Shown piece after piece: positions 41,557 through 54,640 of a stretch of DNA of 64,000 nucleotides. Each line of letters begins with the position of its first letter. Within the stretch, counting starts at the first letter, position 1. The stretch lies in contig CT868002.1 of NCBI GenBank assembly GCA_000165425.1, forward strand, positions 186,001 to 250,000. The letters are read 5' to 3'. Under the pieces are notes generated by a model. The model saw only the letters and a list, made by a program, of their open reading frames with translations, was not told the origin of the DNA and did no database searches. The stretch is from Paramecium tetraurelia. Its lineage: Eukaryota. The position numbers and the translations under genes were made by a program.

Positions 41557-41895
41557 ATATATATAAATAATATAGAAATAATAAAATGTCTAAATAATCA
41601 AAAGATTAGTAGAAATTAGGAAAGTTTTATACATTTGAGGTGACAGCAGAGAAATTATAAACAGTATAATAAAAAGCAAGATCAATGTATTTTAAACATT
41701 TTAGAAATGCATTCATTTTTGGATTTTGCATTGAATTTATGATAATCAAATCAAGAATTTGTAAATTCCATTTATTTATATATATAAAGATGAAAATATT
41801 GTTAGAAAAAGTACACAAAGAAGATTAGAATCAAAAAAAAAAGAAAATGATAATCTAAATCTAACCAATAATTATACATTACATAAATGAAACAT
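41557..41895. repeat. Right arm of the 339-bp perfect inverted repeat (partner 37999-38337)
   Basis: Exact reverse complement of 37999-38337 as far as can be checked by eye. Confidence 0.95.
41586..41890 (+). CDS. 91-aa single-pass membrane microprotein, SMIM4/UQCC5 (UPF0640)-like, copy 2
   Basis: ATG at 41586, intron at 41761-41789, TGA at 41888-41890; exons total 276 nt; identical to copy 1. Confidence 0.7.
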
Positions 41896-41996
41896 AGTTA
41901 AGCTTTAATAAATTAACATTTCTTTTAAATTACTTGATCATTATCTTGATATAATATTATCATTTATCGAAATTAAAAAGAAATAGAATTGTGATT

Positions 41997-42820
41997 ATGG
42001 ATAATCTTCAGCAAATTTTAGTCCATCAAATCTTAAAACCACTCCATAATTTAACAAATTTAAATCAATTCTTATAAAAGACTAATAATTAATTATATCT
42101 CTGTTTTTTATAATTTTCTTTCAATTCATTTTTAATATTGCATATAAATTATTTTAGCTTACCTTAAGAGTCATATGTTTAAAATATCATTCTTAAAATA
42201 TATATTCTTTTCAAAATTATAATTCTGGATATTCTAACGATATATATTTGAAGTAAAATGACTAATATAATAAAAAGGTTGCTTTGATCAAATTCTATCT
42301 TCAAAGTCATAAATAATCAATCTGCTGCAGATATAAATAATGATAAATACAAAACATAATTAAAAATATTGAATATAAGAGAATATCTAAAAATTAATAA
42401 TTAGACTACAAATTTCTTTTAAACGACATAATTATTTTTTGTGTTATAGCATTGATTTCAAATCTTCTCTTTAGATCCTTCGACACTCTATAAGATGGTC
42501 TTATTCAATACTATTCAAACCTTAAAGTGCTAAAGATAATAATAATAATTTATAAGAGTTAAATCTATTTTAAGGATATCAAGTAACAAAGGATTTGATA
42601 TCAGAACACTGAATTATTTATTACAGTTAACAATAGAAATATATATAATAGTTATGAGAAACATTCTCATAAAATGGGAAGATTCTTATGTTTTTTGAAT
42701 TAGAGAATGTTAATAAATTTTTAATGAATGAACTTGTATTAAATACTGAAATTTATTCAAGAAATTAAGATGAGAATAATATAAAAAATGATAATAAATG
42801 CGTTAATAAATTAAATACAA
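41997..42820 (+). pseudogene. Possible decayed gene remnant
   Basis: Coding-like segments from ATG 41997, repeatedly broken by in-frame TGA and frame changes that GT..AG introns do not explain. Confidence 0.3.
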
Positions 42821-42821
42821 A

Positions 42822-43332
42822 TCATAAAATTAACTGTTCGCTGAGCAGAAAGGCTGGCACTCTTTATTTTTTTTAAACAAGATCTCTAAATTATTATGAT
42901 AATTTACTCTAAGAATAATTTTAACACTCCACTAGACTTATTCATTTCTAAAAATATTTTGGTCTTGTCATATTTTTATTATTTTTAGATTTGATTTTTA
43001 TCTGGTCTAGAAAACGGGTCTTAATGAATTGATAGAGGTCTATTTAAATTATGATAGAGAAATAAAGGATCTTCCTTCATTTAAGCATAATTTGATCTTA
43101 TTTCATCATGAAAGTTTTTCTATTCCTTTTATTCCATGAATCGTTTCTCATATGGTATATACCAATGGTTATAAAATTTTGGTTTTGGGGAAGGCGATAC
43201 ATGTTCCGAATATCTGGAAGTCTTATTATTTTCAATTAATTTTGGTAAGGATTTAAAATTATTTGTTCTCGAACTCTGTGCTTCTTTCATGTGAATACTC
43301 TTTGCTCTTGGTTATAATTTCTGTTATATCAT
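42822..43332 (-). CDS. Small hypothetical protein
   Basis: ATG at 43332; KPKFYNHWYIPYEKRF; intron near 42886-42907; ends QRVPAFLLSEQLIL*. Confidence 0.55.
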
Positions 43333-43404
43333 TAATAACAAAGTTTAGAAAGTTAATATAATAATTAAATGAATTAATTTAACTTTTCAAGTAAATTAAC
43401 TTAG

Positions 43405-44321
43405 TCAAACAATTTTAGTTCCTCTTGCTGTCTATTATTATAGTGTCTATAACTATTCTTCAGCTTGTTTCAAATTCATCTTTAGTGTTTCATTTTCTTT
43501 TAATAAATTTTCAAACTATAATTAAGCAGTCACCGTGGCTTTGGTAGCAAAATAAGTTGAAATTGATTTCGGAATAGAATAAGCGATTCCAAGGACAAAT
43601 AATCCCATAAGGATATATTTAAAAGACACTTACCCTATAATTTTGGCTTTTTATAAAACATTTTTATAAATGAATGCAAAACTCGCTTTCTAAGCATCTT
43701 TAAATTTGGAGAACTTTTGTTTCTATTCATCGAAATTTTATGAATATTAATTATTCAGATCAGATGCATCTTATTAAAACTTATTGGTGTATTTATTCCA
43801 AAATTGATAAGTCCATCTATCTTATTTGGATTGGGTTTAGTTTTATTGCTATTATTTATATTAATTAGTATAATTGGTTGATGAATAGTTAGTTTATTAT
43901 TTTTTATATGATGACTAGTTTTCAGATGATGTTTTCCAAAAAGCATTGTTTTTTAGTTTATTTAAAGAACTCTGTAGTTTAAGATTATATTGTTGCAATG
44001 TTTCCTTGGGGAAGGTTTTTTACAATTGATTAATATATAATTCTAGGAATCAATTTAAGAATTTACCTTTTTCCTTTTTAGCAAATCCTTTGAGTTTTTT
44101 GAAAGGATCACTTACGTAGACATCCTTTAGAACTAAGGTTTAGATTGATTATTACTATTCGAATATTCTTTGAAATTAGACAAATGATCAAAAGTAGGTT
44201 TGGTTGGATCTTTAGCATTATTCATTTGATTGATGTGCATCTTTTCACTTTTTAATTATTGCGTCACTTTATTTGCAGAGACTTTAGCTTGATTAACAAT
44301 TTATAAAATTTTTTAGAGCAT
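43405..44321 (-). CDS. Hypothetical single-pass membrane protein with a C-terminal coiled coil
   Basis: ATG at 44321; Q-rich N-terminus; TM YILMGLFVLGIAYSIP; TGA at 43407-43405. Confidence 0.6.
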
Positions 44322-44371
44322 TTAATTTTATTAATGGATTTTAATTTATCTATCATTTATCATCATTTTTT

Positions 44372-46478
44372 TCATTTTTCTTGTTTGCCTTCAACTATCA
44401 GAGTCATATTACGATGAGGTCTTCTTGTACCATCTTTGGGTGAATTTTTATTTGAGTTGGATCCTGAACCTTCAGTATTTGCTTTGGGTTCTTATCCAAA
44501 CCTCATAGCATTTATGAGCATTGTGACTCGTCTAGGCATAGGTAAGAAAGAATGAGAATTTTTAAAGTTTAATTTTTCAATTTCTTTTTTCCTTTCGTTG
44601 GTTTTATCAATAGTTTTTCTTTTTTCTGGAATTTAATGAAAAGACACTCTAATTTTTGAGTTTCTTGGTTTTTCTTCATTAACTTTATCAGATTAGATTA
44701 ATTAATGTGAAACATTCGAGTCTAATTCAACTACTAAGATATCACTTTTGACAAACCCATTATAATTATATCCGCCAAAAATGAAAATTTTAGTATCGAT
44801 ACAGGAAGAGGAATGGCCACATCTTCCAGGCATTTAAGCTCCTTTTAATTCTAGTTGAATCCAAGAGGAGTTCTTCACATCGAACAAGTACAAATCATTT
44901 AAGAATCCTTCAAAAGTATTGTCGTCATTTTTTCCACCATATACAACGATAGAACTCAAAGCTTCATTATAATTCATGGAATGCTGACATCTAGCAACTT
45001 TAAATTAATAACAATTTTTTACTAGGACTGATTCCTTTGCACTCAACTTGCTCAATACGAATAGGTTTTTAATACACATCAATACGAATAAAGGTATCTA
45101 AATAATCTCCAAATTTATCTTGACCTCCGAATACATAAATTCCTTAATTTGAAAACTTAAGATCAGGGTCTTGTCTATAAATATCACAAAATTTATTCTG
45201 TGTGACTAAGCAAGATTTATGAAAAGCAATTCCATTGGCATACAAATCAAATGGGTCTACATTCAATTGGACCCATTTAGATTGTGGAATGTCATAACAA
45301 AGTAAATCTTTCATATAATTACCTCTATTATCTATTCCTCCAAAAATTATTAAATATCTTCCAACTATTTCACCAATATGACATTTTCTTGCAGGAATAG
45401 TTCCAGGTTATTTGATCAATTTGATATCAAAGGATGCTTTATAAATTGAAATATTGTTTACTCAATGAGATTGTCTTGACATCACTGGTGCATTCACTAA
45501 CTAATTTGTGATTAGATTGTTCAACATGAATTTCTCCTCCAAACAGAATCATAAAGTTCTTATAGATTCCAGCAGTATGATGAACTCTGTATCCATGAAT
45601 AGATTTTTCATCTAATTTTTGAGGACCCCACTTATAAAACTCTATTTAAGATAGGACACATTATTACATTTATCAACTATGGCCACACACAAATCTTCCT
45701 ATTATACTGAACTAGAACCTCCGTACAAATAGAGTTTTCTATCATAAGTGACCATCGAACTTCCATCTCTTGAACAAGGACCCCAGAAGTTGTAGTCGAA
45801 ATTATAAGCATAAGCAAATTGCTTTTTAATTTAACTTAATGCCACTTATGACTCGAGTATTCTTTTTTATAATTGTTAAGCATCAGCATTTCTTTCTTAT
45901 AATTATTAAGCCCCGCCCAATCTTACTTATTTTCTAAGCAGTTCCAACTTTTGTTAATCTTAATATGCTAAGGATGGATAGACCTTAATTCCATTAGTTT
46001 ATGAGTGAATCTTTTTTAATGCTTATTTAACTTGGTTCATTTAGTCTTCCTCATATTGTTTGTATTGTTTCCTCATTTTATGGAAAGTCTCTCTATTATG
46101 AAGCAATTGCAATTTTCGAGATGTATAAGATTTTTATTGATCGACACTTTCCATTTCTACTTCATCCAAGGATGCCTCTCCAAACAGATATTTACTGTAA
46201 TTATTCCAAACCATTTTTGATTATTACAATGATCGTTTTAATTCTGAAACCGCCCCTTAATTTAGTTCTCTAAATGAAACAAAGTTTTGAACATCACTAT
46301 CTGGTTACATTTGAAGCAAGTCGCAATTCTCATTTATTGCCATGGGATAAAACTGATTCAAAGGAAGTGGACTTAATTTATTGTGAGTCTTTTTATATTT
46401 TTCGAATAGAGTTGTTATGTCCATTCTTGTGTTCGTGTGATAAGAAAGAGAATCTACTTTGGGACTGTAGCTGTCCAT
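44372..46478 (-). CDS. Kelch-repeat protein
   Basis: Repeated GG motifs (LYLYGG, MILFGG, LIIFGG, IYVFGG, IVVYGG, IFIFGG) with R..H signatures; ATG at 46478. Confidence 0.88.
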
Positions 46479-46496
46479 TTTTTATTATTATTTATT

Positions 46497-48224
46497 ATGT
46501 AAAAATCCTGGGAAACCTTGTGTAAGAATCTCAGAAGTCCCTACCTCCAACATTTCTTAGATATCTAAAGCCCTTATTGACGAGCTTGGCCAATAAATAG
46601 ATCAACCTCAAGTGTCTCACGAAATCGCAATTCAAATTTAAGAAATGGTATCCCAAATCGTTTAGATGTACATTCAACTAATAAGTTTAGTATAGATATT
46701 GAACACCAACATTTGCTTGATGGATTTGAACAGAGTGTCTTGTTATTTGCATAGATTGATTCAGAGGATCGAGTCAAGTAGTTTGAAACATTAAATCTCA
46801 TACAAGAGTTGTATAACAAACTTGCTCTATCGTACTTCTACAATGACGATCTCTTGGATGAAAAGAAGGTCCAGATCCCTATAAATGATGGCACCTCCAC
46901 TTGTTCAGATTTCTCTGATGACAATTTTGAAGTTGAAGACTTTGAAGCTCAAGTTGCCCAAGAGCTCTTTTAATAAATTAAAGGGCAATTGCAGGATCCT
47001 GAAATCGAATAGAAATGTTATCAATTCCACTTTACCATCTTTTAGGAGGAATTAAACATTATGGACTTTTTTAACGATTCCCTCGAATTGCAACTTAAAG
47101 AGTATGATGTGATTGTGTTCTTAAATTATTCAGGACTACTTCAAAAGTTGATGAATTATAAATTAGATAACCAATTGGAATTCTTTGTAGGCCAATTATA
47201 TATAATATTAAGCAGAATTAAGAATGATGAAATAGATTAATTGATTGAAACTAACTGTTTTGAACTCAAATATAGTAGACTCTCACAAAGGAAATTCTTG
47301 AGATGCAAGATCCTCTCCAACTTATACACTAAATTAGTCTATGAGAAATTGGATAGATGGAGAAGCAATTAAAATATTCAAGAAATACAAGGAGAAAATC
47401 TAAAAGATTTGAGAAGTTTCATCGTCTAACACAAGGCTCCGTTGAGTAGATGGGAAGTCAGCATTCTATCCATTCAGGATGTTCAACTTAATAATGAGAA
47501 TATTCTAGACAAATTTCAAAAATTAGTCATTGCTCTTTCACTCCCTTATGATTTATTACTAGAGAATTTTACCATATTGGATAAATTGTATGTCAATTTA
47601 CAATAATTCTAAAAATGGTTTAAATTGAGTTCAATTCCATTCACAGTCTCTGAAATATCTTAGCTATTTAAGGAGGTTAGTTAGACTTATGGCTATTACA
47701 CTAATCAAGGCATCAAAGTGACTCAAAGAGTTGACTTCTATTGGTTTTTAGAAACTGTTTATGCTCTCAATCAAAACGAATAGCCTATCAAAGAGAAAAT
47801 AGAAGGTAAAAATGTAAAGTATAATGATGAAATTACTATACGATAATATAATCGACATTTGTAACTTAAAGTGAACGATTTACAACAACAACTTAACCAA
47901 AAAGAAGCACTTATAGATTAATTAAAAAAAGCTTAGCAAGACTAGTAATAGACATCAAGAATGAAAACTAAGTCTAATAATGAAATTAAAGAAAAGGATG
48001 AGTGTGAATTTAAATTAGAATTATTGCATTAGGCAGAAATAAACTCACTTAAAAATGAAACTTAAAATCAGCTTAAAGTAGTTGAACTTAAATGGAAAAA
48101 TAAAACCAAAGACTTGCTATTTGAATTAGAGAATAAGGATAGATAAATTGATCAATACAGATAACAATTGGAAGCTTTAATGAAAGAACTTGAATGGGTT
48201 AAAACAGAGAGAAGGACCAAATGA
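46497..48224 (+). CDS. Hypothetical protein with a C-terminal coiled coil (start uncertain; apparent +1 break just after the ATG)
   Basis: Long open frame after the intron at about 46668-46690, ending TGA 48222-48224. ATG 46497 is one base out of frame; the next in-frame ATG is near 46644. Confidence 0.6.
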
Positions 48225-48367
48225 ATTTTATATTTCACTTCAATATTTATAATCAAAAATATTTAAATTAAAAAATCAAATTATTTTCAATTTTTAAGAA
48301 ATTAGAAATAATAGAGAACTTTACTTTTTTAGTTTTTTTAGAATGATCAGATATTATATTAAAATTG

Positions 48368-51300
48368 TCATAATCTTTGCTTAATAAATTGTTTTAATAA
48401 TGGTACAGCAACTTTTGGCTCGTTTAATTTCAAATTACCAGATAACTTAGTAGCTAATTGCAATAAAGTGGGAGGAGCAGATTCTAAAATATATAATGTT
48501 AAATTACCTTCATTATAAGTCATACAGAAGCATACAGTCTTAGTACTTTGTCCAGCAGCTGGAGTATGGCCTTAGGCAAACTCACCTAAATAATGTGAGA
48601 GTTCACATAAAATATCAGCTGCATTGTCTTTATTAACTTCAATTGTTGGTGGACATCTACAAAAATTAATATTTTAGATACTTGGGTTACGGTAATGGGG
48701 CAGGAGGTTCTATAACTTCTTCTTCTGAAGATGGTTAAGATTCTTCCTCTGAAAGTGGTTCAGAATATTCTTCTTCAGATTATGATTCTGATTCAACAGG
48801 TGGTTCGACTGATTCCTCTTCTTCTTCTTCGTAGAATTCCTCTTCATAATAATATTCTTCTTCTTCACTTGCGGGAACAGTTTCTTCTACAGGATCAGGT
48901 ACTGGTTCATCAATCACTTCCGGTGTTTCCTCTTCAGATACTGAAGGCTCTACTGGGGTAGTTTCCTCGCTAGGAGGTTCAGATGGAATAACTGGAGACT
49001 CTTCTTCAGGTTCAATAGGTACATCCTCTTCAGATGGTTCAGATGGAATAGCAGGTAGAGGTGGTTCTTTATATTCTTCTTCGGAGGGTTCTTCTGGAAC
49101 TTGAGGAGGTGGAGGTGGTACTGGATCAGTTGGTTTAGGAGTATATCCCCAATGTTCATCATATTTCAATTCTCTGTATGAACCATCACAAAGATTGTAG
49201 TGGAGATTAAAGATTTTACCGTTGTATGATGGATAATATTAATCTTGTCCAACATATAAGTATTTGTGTGGAGAAACAAAATGCTTAACATTTTCGAAAT
49301 GGACTTCGCCTTTTCTAGTAAGGAATTCAACATAACCATAAGCTTTGGAGATGTGTCTGTTGAACCCAAAGTAAATGAAGTGCCAATGAATCAAGTCCTT
49401 TTCATAAGGTACTGCCTACCAATATGTAGGATTTCCGTTTCCATATAAATCTTCGTAGGTATATGTTGTGAAGGCCAAAACTGAATCTTTTTTTTCATTA
49501 CCAACAAACAAGGCTAGATCCCTGTCTCCTAAGAATTTAGCATTTTAATTAACTGCAGGGTTATTCATAGTCAATCTGAATGCAGAGAACCAAGAATTTG
49601 TGGTGGCTTCTTAAACGGTTTGCCATTTGAACCAACCAGAAATGGAATATTCTTGAGCAAAGATTGGTTCGCTATTTTCAATGACTTTTTTAGAATCGAA
49701 TTAGGTAGTTTGAGTGTCGAATTCGAATTCATGAAGATTGGAGATTTATCTTTCACATTTTTCTTCTGGTATAGAGTTACATGCAAATACAAAATCATTA
49801 GCTTCTGCTGGTGTTTCAATGAATACGTTTTGTCCAGCATTAGATTAAACTAATGTAAATTAACCTTAGAAAGATTTAACATCACCTGATAGACCAGCCA
49901 ATGTGAAATACAATTAAGATGGTTTTTTATGATTTACATTGATCTCATTAACAGATGTTTATCCATTTTCATTAACAACAGCGACTGCCTTGCCATTACA
50001 ATATGAGAAATAAACATAAATCCACTGACCTTCAATATCACCTACATTAATAACAGTTGAAGTTGTGCCGTCATTATCATATGACTAAAATTCAAATCCT
50101 GATCTTGTTAAAAATACACTCAATGAATCATCTGTAACTGAACCACTTAACTTCTCAGATTCAGAAATTCTAGCAACAAAATACTTCTCATCTTATCTAC
50201 CATTTGCTAAATAAGTTGGATATGCCTATAACCATCTAGTATAAAATCCAAATCCATAGCAACTCAAGTCATCCCCTTCCAATTATTTACTAATTAATGG
50301 GATTTATTCATCAACTGAAGCTGTATAAACGTTCTCGTTCACTGAATTCAAACATCTTTTTTCAACCTACTCAACAGGTGGTTCAACAGGAGGTGCTACA
50401 ATAGGTGGTTCTTCAAATTCCTCAAACTCCTCCTCTTCAACTTCTTCAAAGTATTCTTCAAATTCTTCTGCTGACTCTTCACGATTTGGATTGACAGGAG
50501 GTTCATCAGGAATTTCTGGACTACCTTCTTCTTCTGGATTAAGTTCTTCCTGAGGTGGACTTTATTCTTCAGGACTTTCTTCATCTGGAGTTCCTGGTTA
50601 CTCCTCTTCTTCTCCAGGAGGAGGAACAGGTACTTCTTACTCTTCTTCAGGAGGTACTGATTCTTCTTCAGGGCCCTTTTCATCTGGAACTTCAGGTTTC
50701 ACTTCTTCTTCTCCAGGGGGAGGTGATGGGACTTCTTATTCTTCTTCAGGAGGAATTGTCTTTTCTTCTGGACCTTTTTCATCTGGAATTTCTGGTTTCT
50801 CCTCATCAGGTGTTGGTGGGGAAGGTGGAACTTGTTATTCTTCAGGAGGAACAGATTCTTCTTCAGGACCCTTTTCATCTGGAATTTGGGGTTTTTCCTC
50901 TTCTGATGGAGGTGAAACAGGTGGATGGTCTTCTTCAGGAGGAGGAAGTGGTTTCTCTTCGGGCTCAGAAGGAGGTGCTTATTCTTCTGGAGTCGGTTCA
51001 TCTGGGACTCCAGGCTCATCTTCGCATGGTGCTGGCTAACCACACCCTTGTTATACAACTTATAAATCCTTGATTTTTCCTTTAATTTTAATGACAGTGA
51101 CTGGATTTGATTAGCATTATTATCTGCAACTATTAAACTATTTGAGAAGGTAAATGCACAATTTCAACAAAGTTGCTTCGCATTCATCTGCAGTTTCAGG
51201 ATTACTCAATCCTTTTAATTTCTATTTGAATTCTGCCAAAATTGGTTCTCCAATCTTACTCTCTGTTTTTGGTAATTCCAGTTTGTCTATTTATTTCTCA

Positions 51301-51606
51301 ATAGCCTTAAACTTTCTCTTTTCTATTAACTGCTTAATGCTTTCCAATCTATATATATCTCTGTGTAATGAATCTCTATGTTGCACTATATCAGCCCATG
51401 CTGCCATTTAAGCAGACACTCTCTCAAACTCATTCTAAGGTGTTGCACAACTCATTGATGTGGTATCTAACAGTGCTATATCTGATAGCTCCATTGAGAG
51501 CAGAGATGTGCTCAAATCTAATTCAACAGAAAGGGCTAAAAATTTATGTTTGATTTATACCACTCCCCAACACTAATATACATATGACTAATGTCGAACT
51601 TCTCAT
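48368..51606 (-). CDS. Secreted protein with Pro/Glu-rich repeats and two laminin-G/concanavalin-like domains
   Basis: Signal peptide MRSSTLVICILVLGS; domains with YGFGFYTRWL / YSISGWFKW, GDRDLALFVG and WIYVYFSY; two P/E-rich linkers; introns at about 51537-51561 and 48657-48681. Confidence 0.75.
50480..51030 (-). repeat. Degenerate coding tandem repeat, unit about 96-99 nt (PDEKGPEEESVPPEEEQEVP.PPP.EEE)
   Basis: Anchor CATCTGG recurs at 50582, 50681, 50780 and 50876 (spacings 99, 99, 96). Confidence 0.85.
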
Positions 51607-52512
51607 TTTAATTAAAATAATAAAAAAACGGATTTCATTATATACATTCATTTCTCATTCCAGTTCTTAAATAATTACTAATTTGTTTTGCATTTTAACT
51701 TTAATACTTTCATTACTCACAGAGCAATTACACTATTTTTTTGATTTTATAAATTCTCCAACAGAAAATGACATTTATCAAGTTGATACAATATCACAAT
51801 ATCTCAAATGTAAATTTTACTATACATTTACCATAAATTTATTCATTGAATGAGATAATATATTTTTATTTACATTTTAAATAATAATCAATTTTTTATT
51901 TCTCTCATGATATATTTTTTTATTTTTTCTAAATTTTCTTCGTTATCCATTTCTAGTCTTACAATATTATTAGAAAATAATAAATATACCAAGTCATATT
52001 AAGTTTTAATGTATTAAAAATAAAGTTTGCTCTGAATTATCATTTAGATTTTCTAATTCTGTCTTTGACCTTCTGATATATACATCTAATTATACAATCA
52101 TAAAAGCAATTCTATAATAATTATTGTTATTCAACTTGGTGCACTGATTGTTAAGACTATTTTGCTTAATCCTTTCTCTATATGTATAATTCAAGGCAAT
52201 AAGTGAGTTGTTATAAATAATTAATCCTTGAACTGGTAAAAGTGTGTTAATTTAAAAAATTATCGTTTCATTTAAATATTTAGAAGATTTGTTTTAATTT
52301 GATAAATATTTAGATTATTGTTTAACCTCTATTAAATTCTATGGTAATATTCTTTTTCTAAACAAAAGGTATCGGAATGAAATTATAGCCAAGAAGGGAT
52401 TTCACCCTTAAAGGAAAATTATCAAAATTGTTTTGTATTTTGATTATGATTGATTAAAATATATTGAGAGCAAATTTAGAAAATAAAGAGTTTTATAATA
52501 AAAATAAATTTA

Positions 52513-54570
52513 ATGATGAACTCGTAATCTCAAAGTGTTATGAATACTTTAGGAGGGTCAAAACGATATGTGTCCCCGTATGAGAAACCTCAGAATTAGG
52601 ATAATGATCTAGTAAGAATATTAGATTTAAGTTAAATTAGAGAAAAATACAATAATCAATTGGACATTAAGCTAAATCCAGAATGATTAATCCAGATCAG
52701 TCTGAATAGGTTAGTGTGATAGGTGACAACAACAATGTTAGCAAACTATCTAATTTGTCCTAATTTGCTCAATTCATGTATATTCCGTGTTCGACTCATC
52801 CAGAATTTTTTATAACAACTTTATGTTAAGAATAAGTATAACTTATAACAATTAGAATTGTGTAGAGCCTCTATGTGCAGAATGCATTAAAAATCATATG
52901 GAACAGCATCAGAAGAGAGGGAGATAGCCTAAATTTGAGAACATATTGAGAGTCAGGAAAGATCAGATTTACAGGGTAGAAGACTTATTAAAATAATTGC
53001 ATGAAAAGTTGAAGGAAGCAAAGTCATATTTCAATGAAACACCATAGATTGTCTATAATAATGCATTGGAGTAGGTCAAATTTATACATGGTTAAATATC
53101 AGATATGATAAATGATTACTTTTAAGGTCTATACAGAGAATTAAATGAGTACAATTAAGATTAGCAGTTGAAATAGTTGAATTAACTTGAGGAGGATATA
53201 GTGCAATAATAGAATGAATTATTGAAATTATAATAGGACTTACAAAATGATAATTATGTAAAGGCCATTACATCAATTTTTGTAAATAAAGAGTAGATAT
53301 TCAGTGAAATAAATATATTTAGATTAGAAAAAATGGTAAAGGATTACAATCAAAGTAAGGTAGAAGTAGTGTTAGAAAAGAGTAATTTAGAACTATTTTA
53401 GACGTATTGTAAGAAATTGTGCTATTTATTAAAAAATAAAAAGCCAGTTCCCGTCTCTCAATTAAAGCAATCATAATTACCCACTTTATAATAGGTGTAA
53501 TCATCAAAGATTTAATAAACTTAGGAAGTAGATTAAAAACTGTATTAATCATCATTGGTTTTCTCAAAATTAGTGTCTGCAGACCTACCACCAATAGTAA
53601 ATCCAACTTCTTTGATTTCAGAGAATTTAACAAATGAAACAGCAAAAAGCAGATTCAATTATTAAAATCACTTTGAGGATGAAAAGGATCAAGTTATTGT
53701 AAGATTGGAAGAAGGAGGATTTGCTGCTTATATTTATGATATCTAATCTTAAAAATACAGAATAGAAACTATAAATAGCGCTCTTAAAATACCACTATGT
53801 CATAAATTATATACTACTTCATTTGGAAAACATTTAGTAATAGGCGGAGTTGATAGGGATAAGTCAAGATTCAAAGCAATAGCACATGTATACGAATTCA
53901 ATCATGATACTCTCTAATTGACTTTGCATTCTGAGATGGTTTTGCCTAGGTCATTGACATCAGCTTGTTAAGTGGACAATTTCTTATATGTTGTAGGAGG
54001 ATCTTCAACAAATGATGAAAATACTTCATTGGCAAAAGCAGAGAAATTAGACTTGACAACAAGGAAATGGTATACTATAGAGGATCCATTCTATAAGACA
54101 ACTGGCTGTGCTTTAGTGGCGACTGATTACAATACGTTAATAAAAATTGGAGGCAAAAGTGATATTTTTACACCTTGTAATTCAGTGGAATCTTATGATA
54201 TTCAAAAGAACTTATGGGTATTTTATTTTATTTATTTAATATAAAGACTACAATAGATTTCAAGTTTTTGTCATCAGGATATTTGAGATTACCATTCTAG
54301 AGTTGTGCAGTTACTATTTCTCAGGATCAAATACTGATTATCGGTGGATCAATTCATGATGTAAGAACTGATGAAACTCAAGTAAGAAGTAAAAGTTAAT
54401 AATAGATTTTTAATGTAAAACAAAAAACCATTTAGAGATCTTCCCAATTGCCAGGTTCAATTGAGTTTCCCACTCAAACAGCAATACTCTAATAGAATAG
54501 TGTATTTATTCTTACTGAAAATGAATAACCTTTGCTTTATGGCAATTCAGATGGATTTAGATATTAATGA
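52513..54570 (+). CDS. B-box-like zinc finger, coiled-coil and kelch-repeat protein
   Basis: CSTHPEF...LCQE..CVEPLCAECIKNH, a coiled coil, then LVIGG, LYVVGG, LIKIGG and ILIIGG kelch blades; several introns. Confidence 0.85.
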
Positions 54571-54640
54571 TAAAATTATAAATAATTTAATGAAGATTAC
54601 ATTGATCCACAATAAAATAGAAAATAAATGTCACAAAAAT

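Noticed and set aside
37999..41895. Autonomous Tc1/mariner or MITE-type transposon with terminal inverted repeats
   Set aside because: There is no DDE transposase inside and no TA target duplication at the outer ends (left ..TTA|ATGTTT, right AAACAT|AGT..). The arms are explained as whole genes.
50480..51030. CRISPR-like regularly spaced repeats
   Set aside because: The units are degenerate in-frame coding repeats with no unique spacers, in a eukaryotic gene.
50555..51073. 172-aa Leu-rich + strand ORF and alternative-frame K/N/L-rich minus ORFs
   Set aside because: Shadows of the Pro/Glu repeat in the 48368-51606 gene.
51700..52500. Gene or ncRNA in the long spacer between divergent genes
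   Set aside because: No sustained open frame, intron pattern or box motif that I could support.
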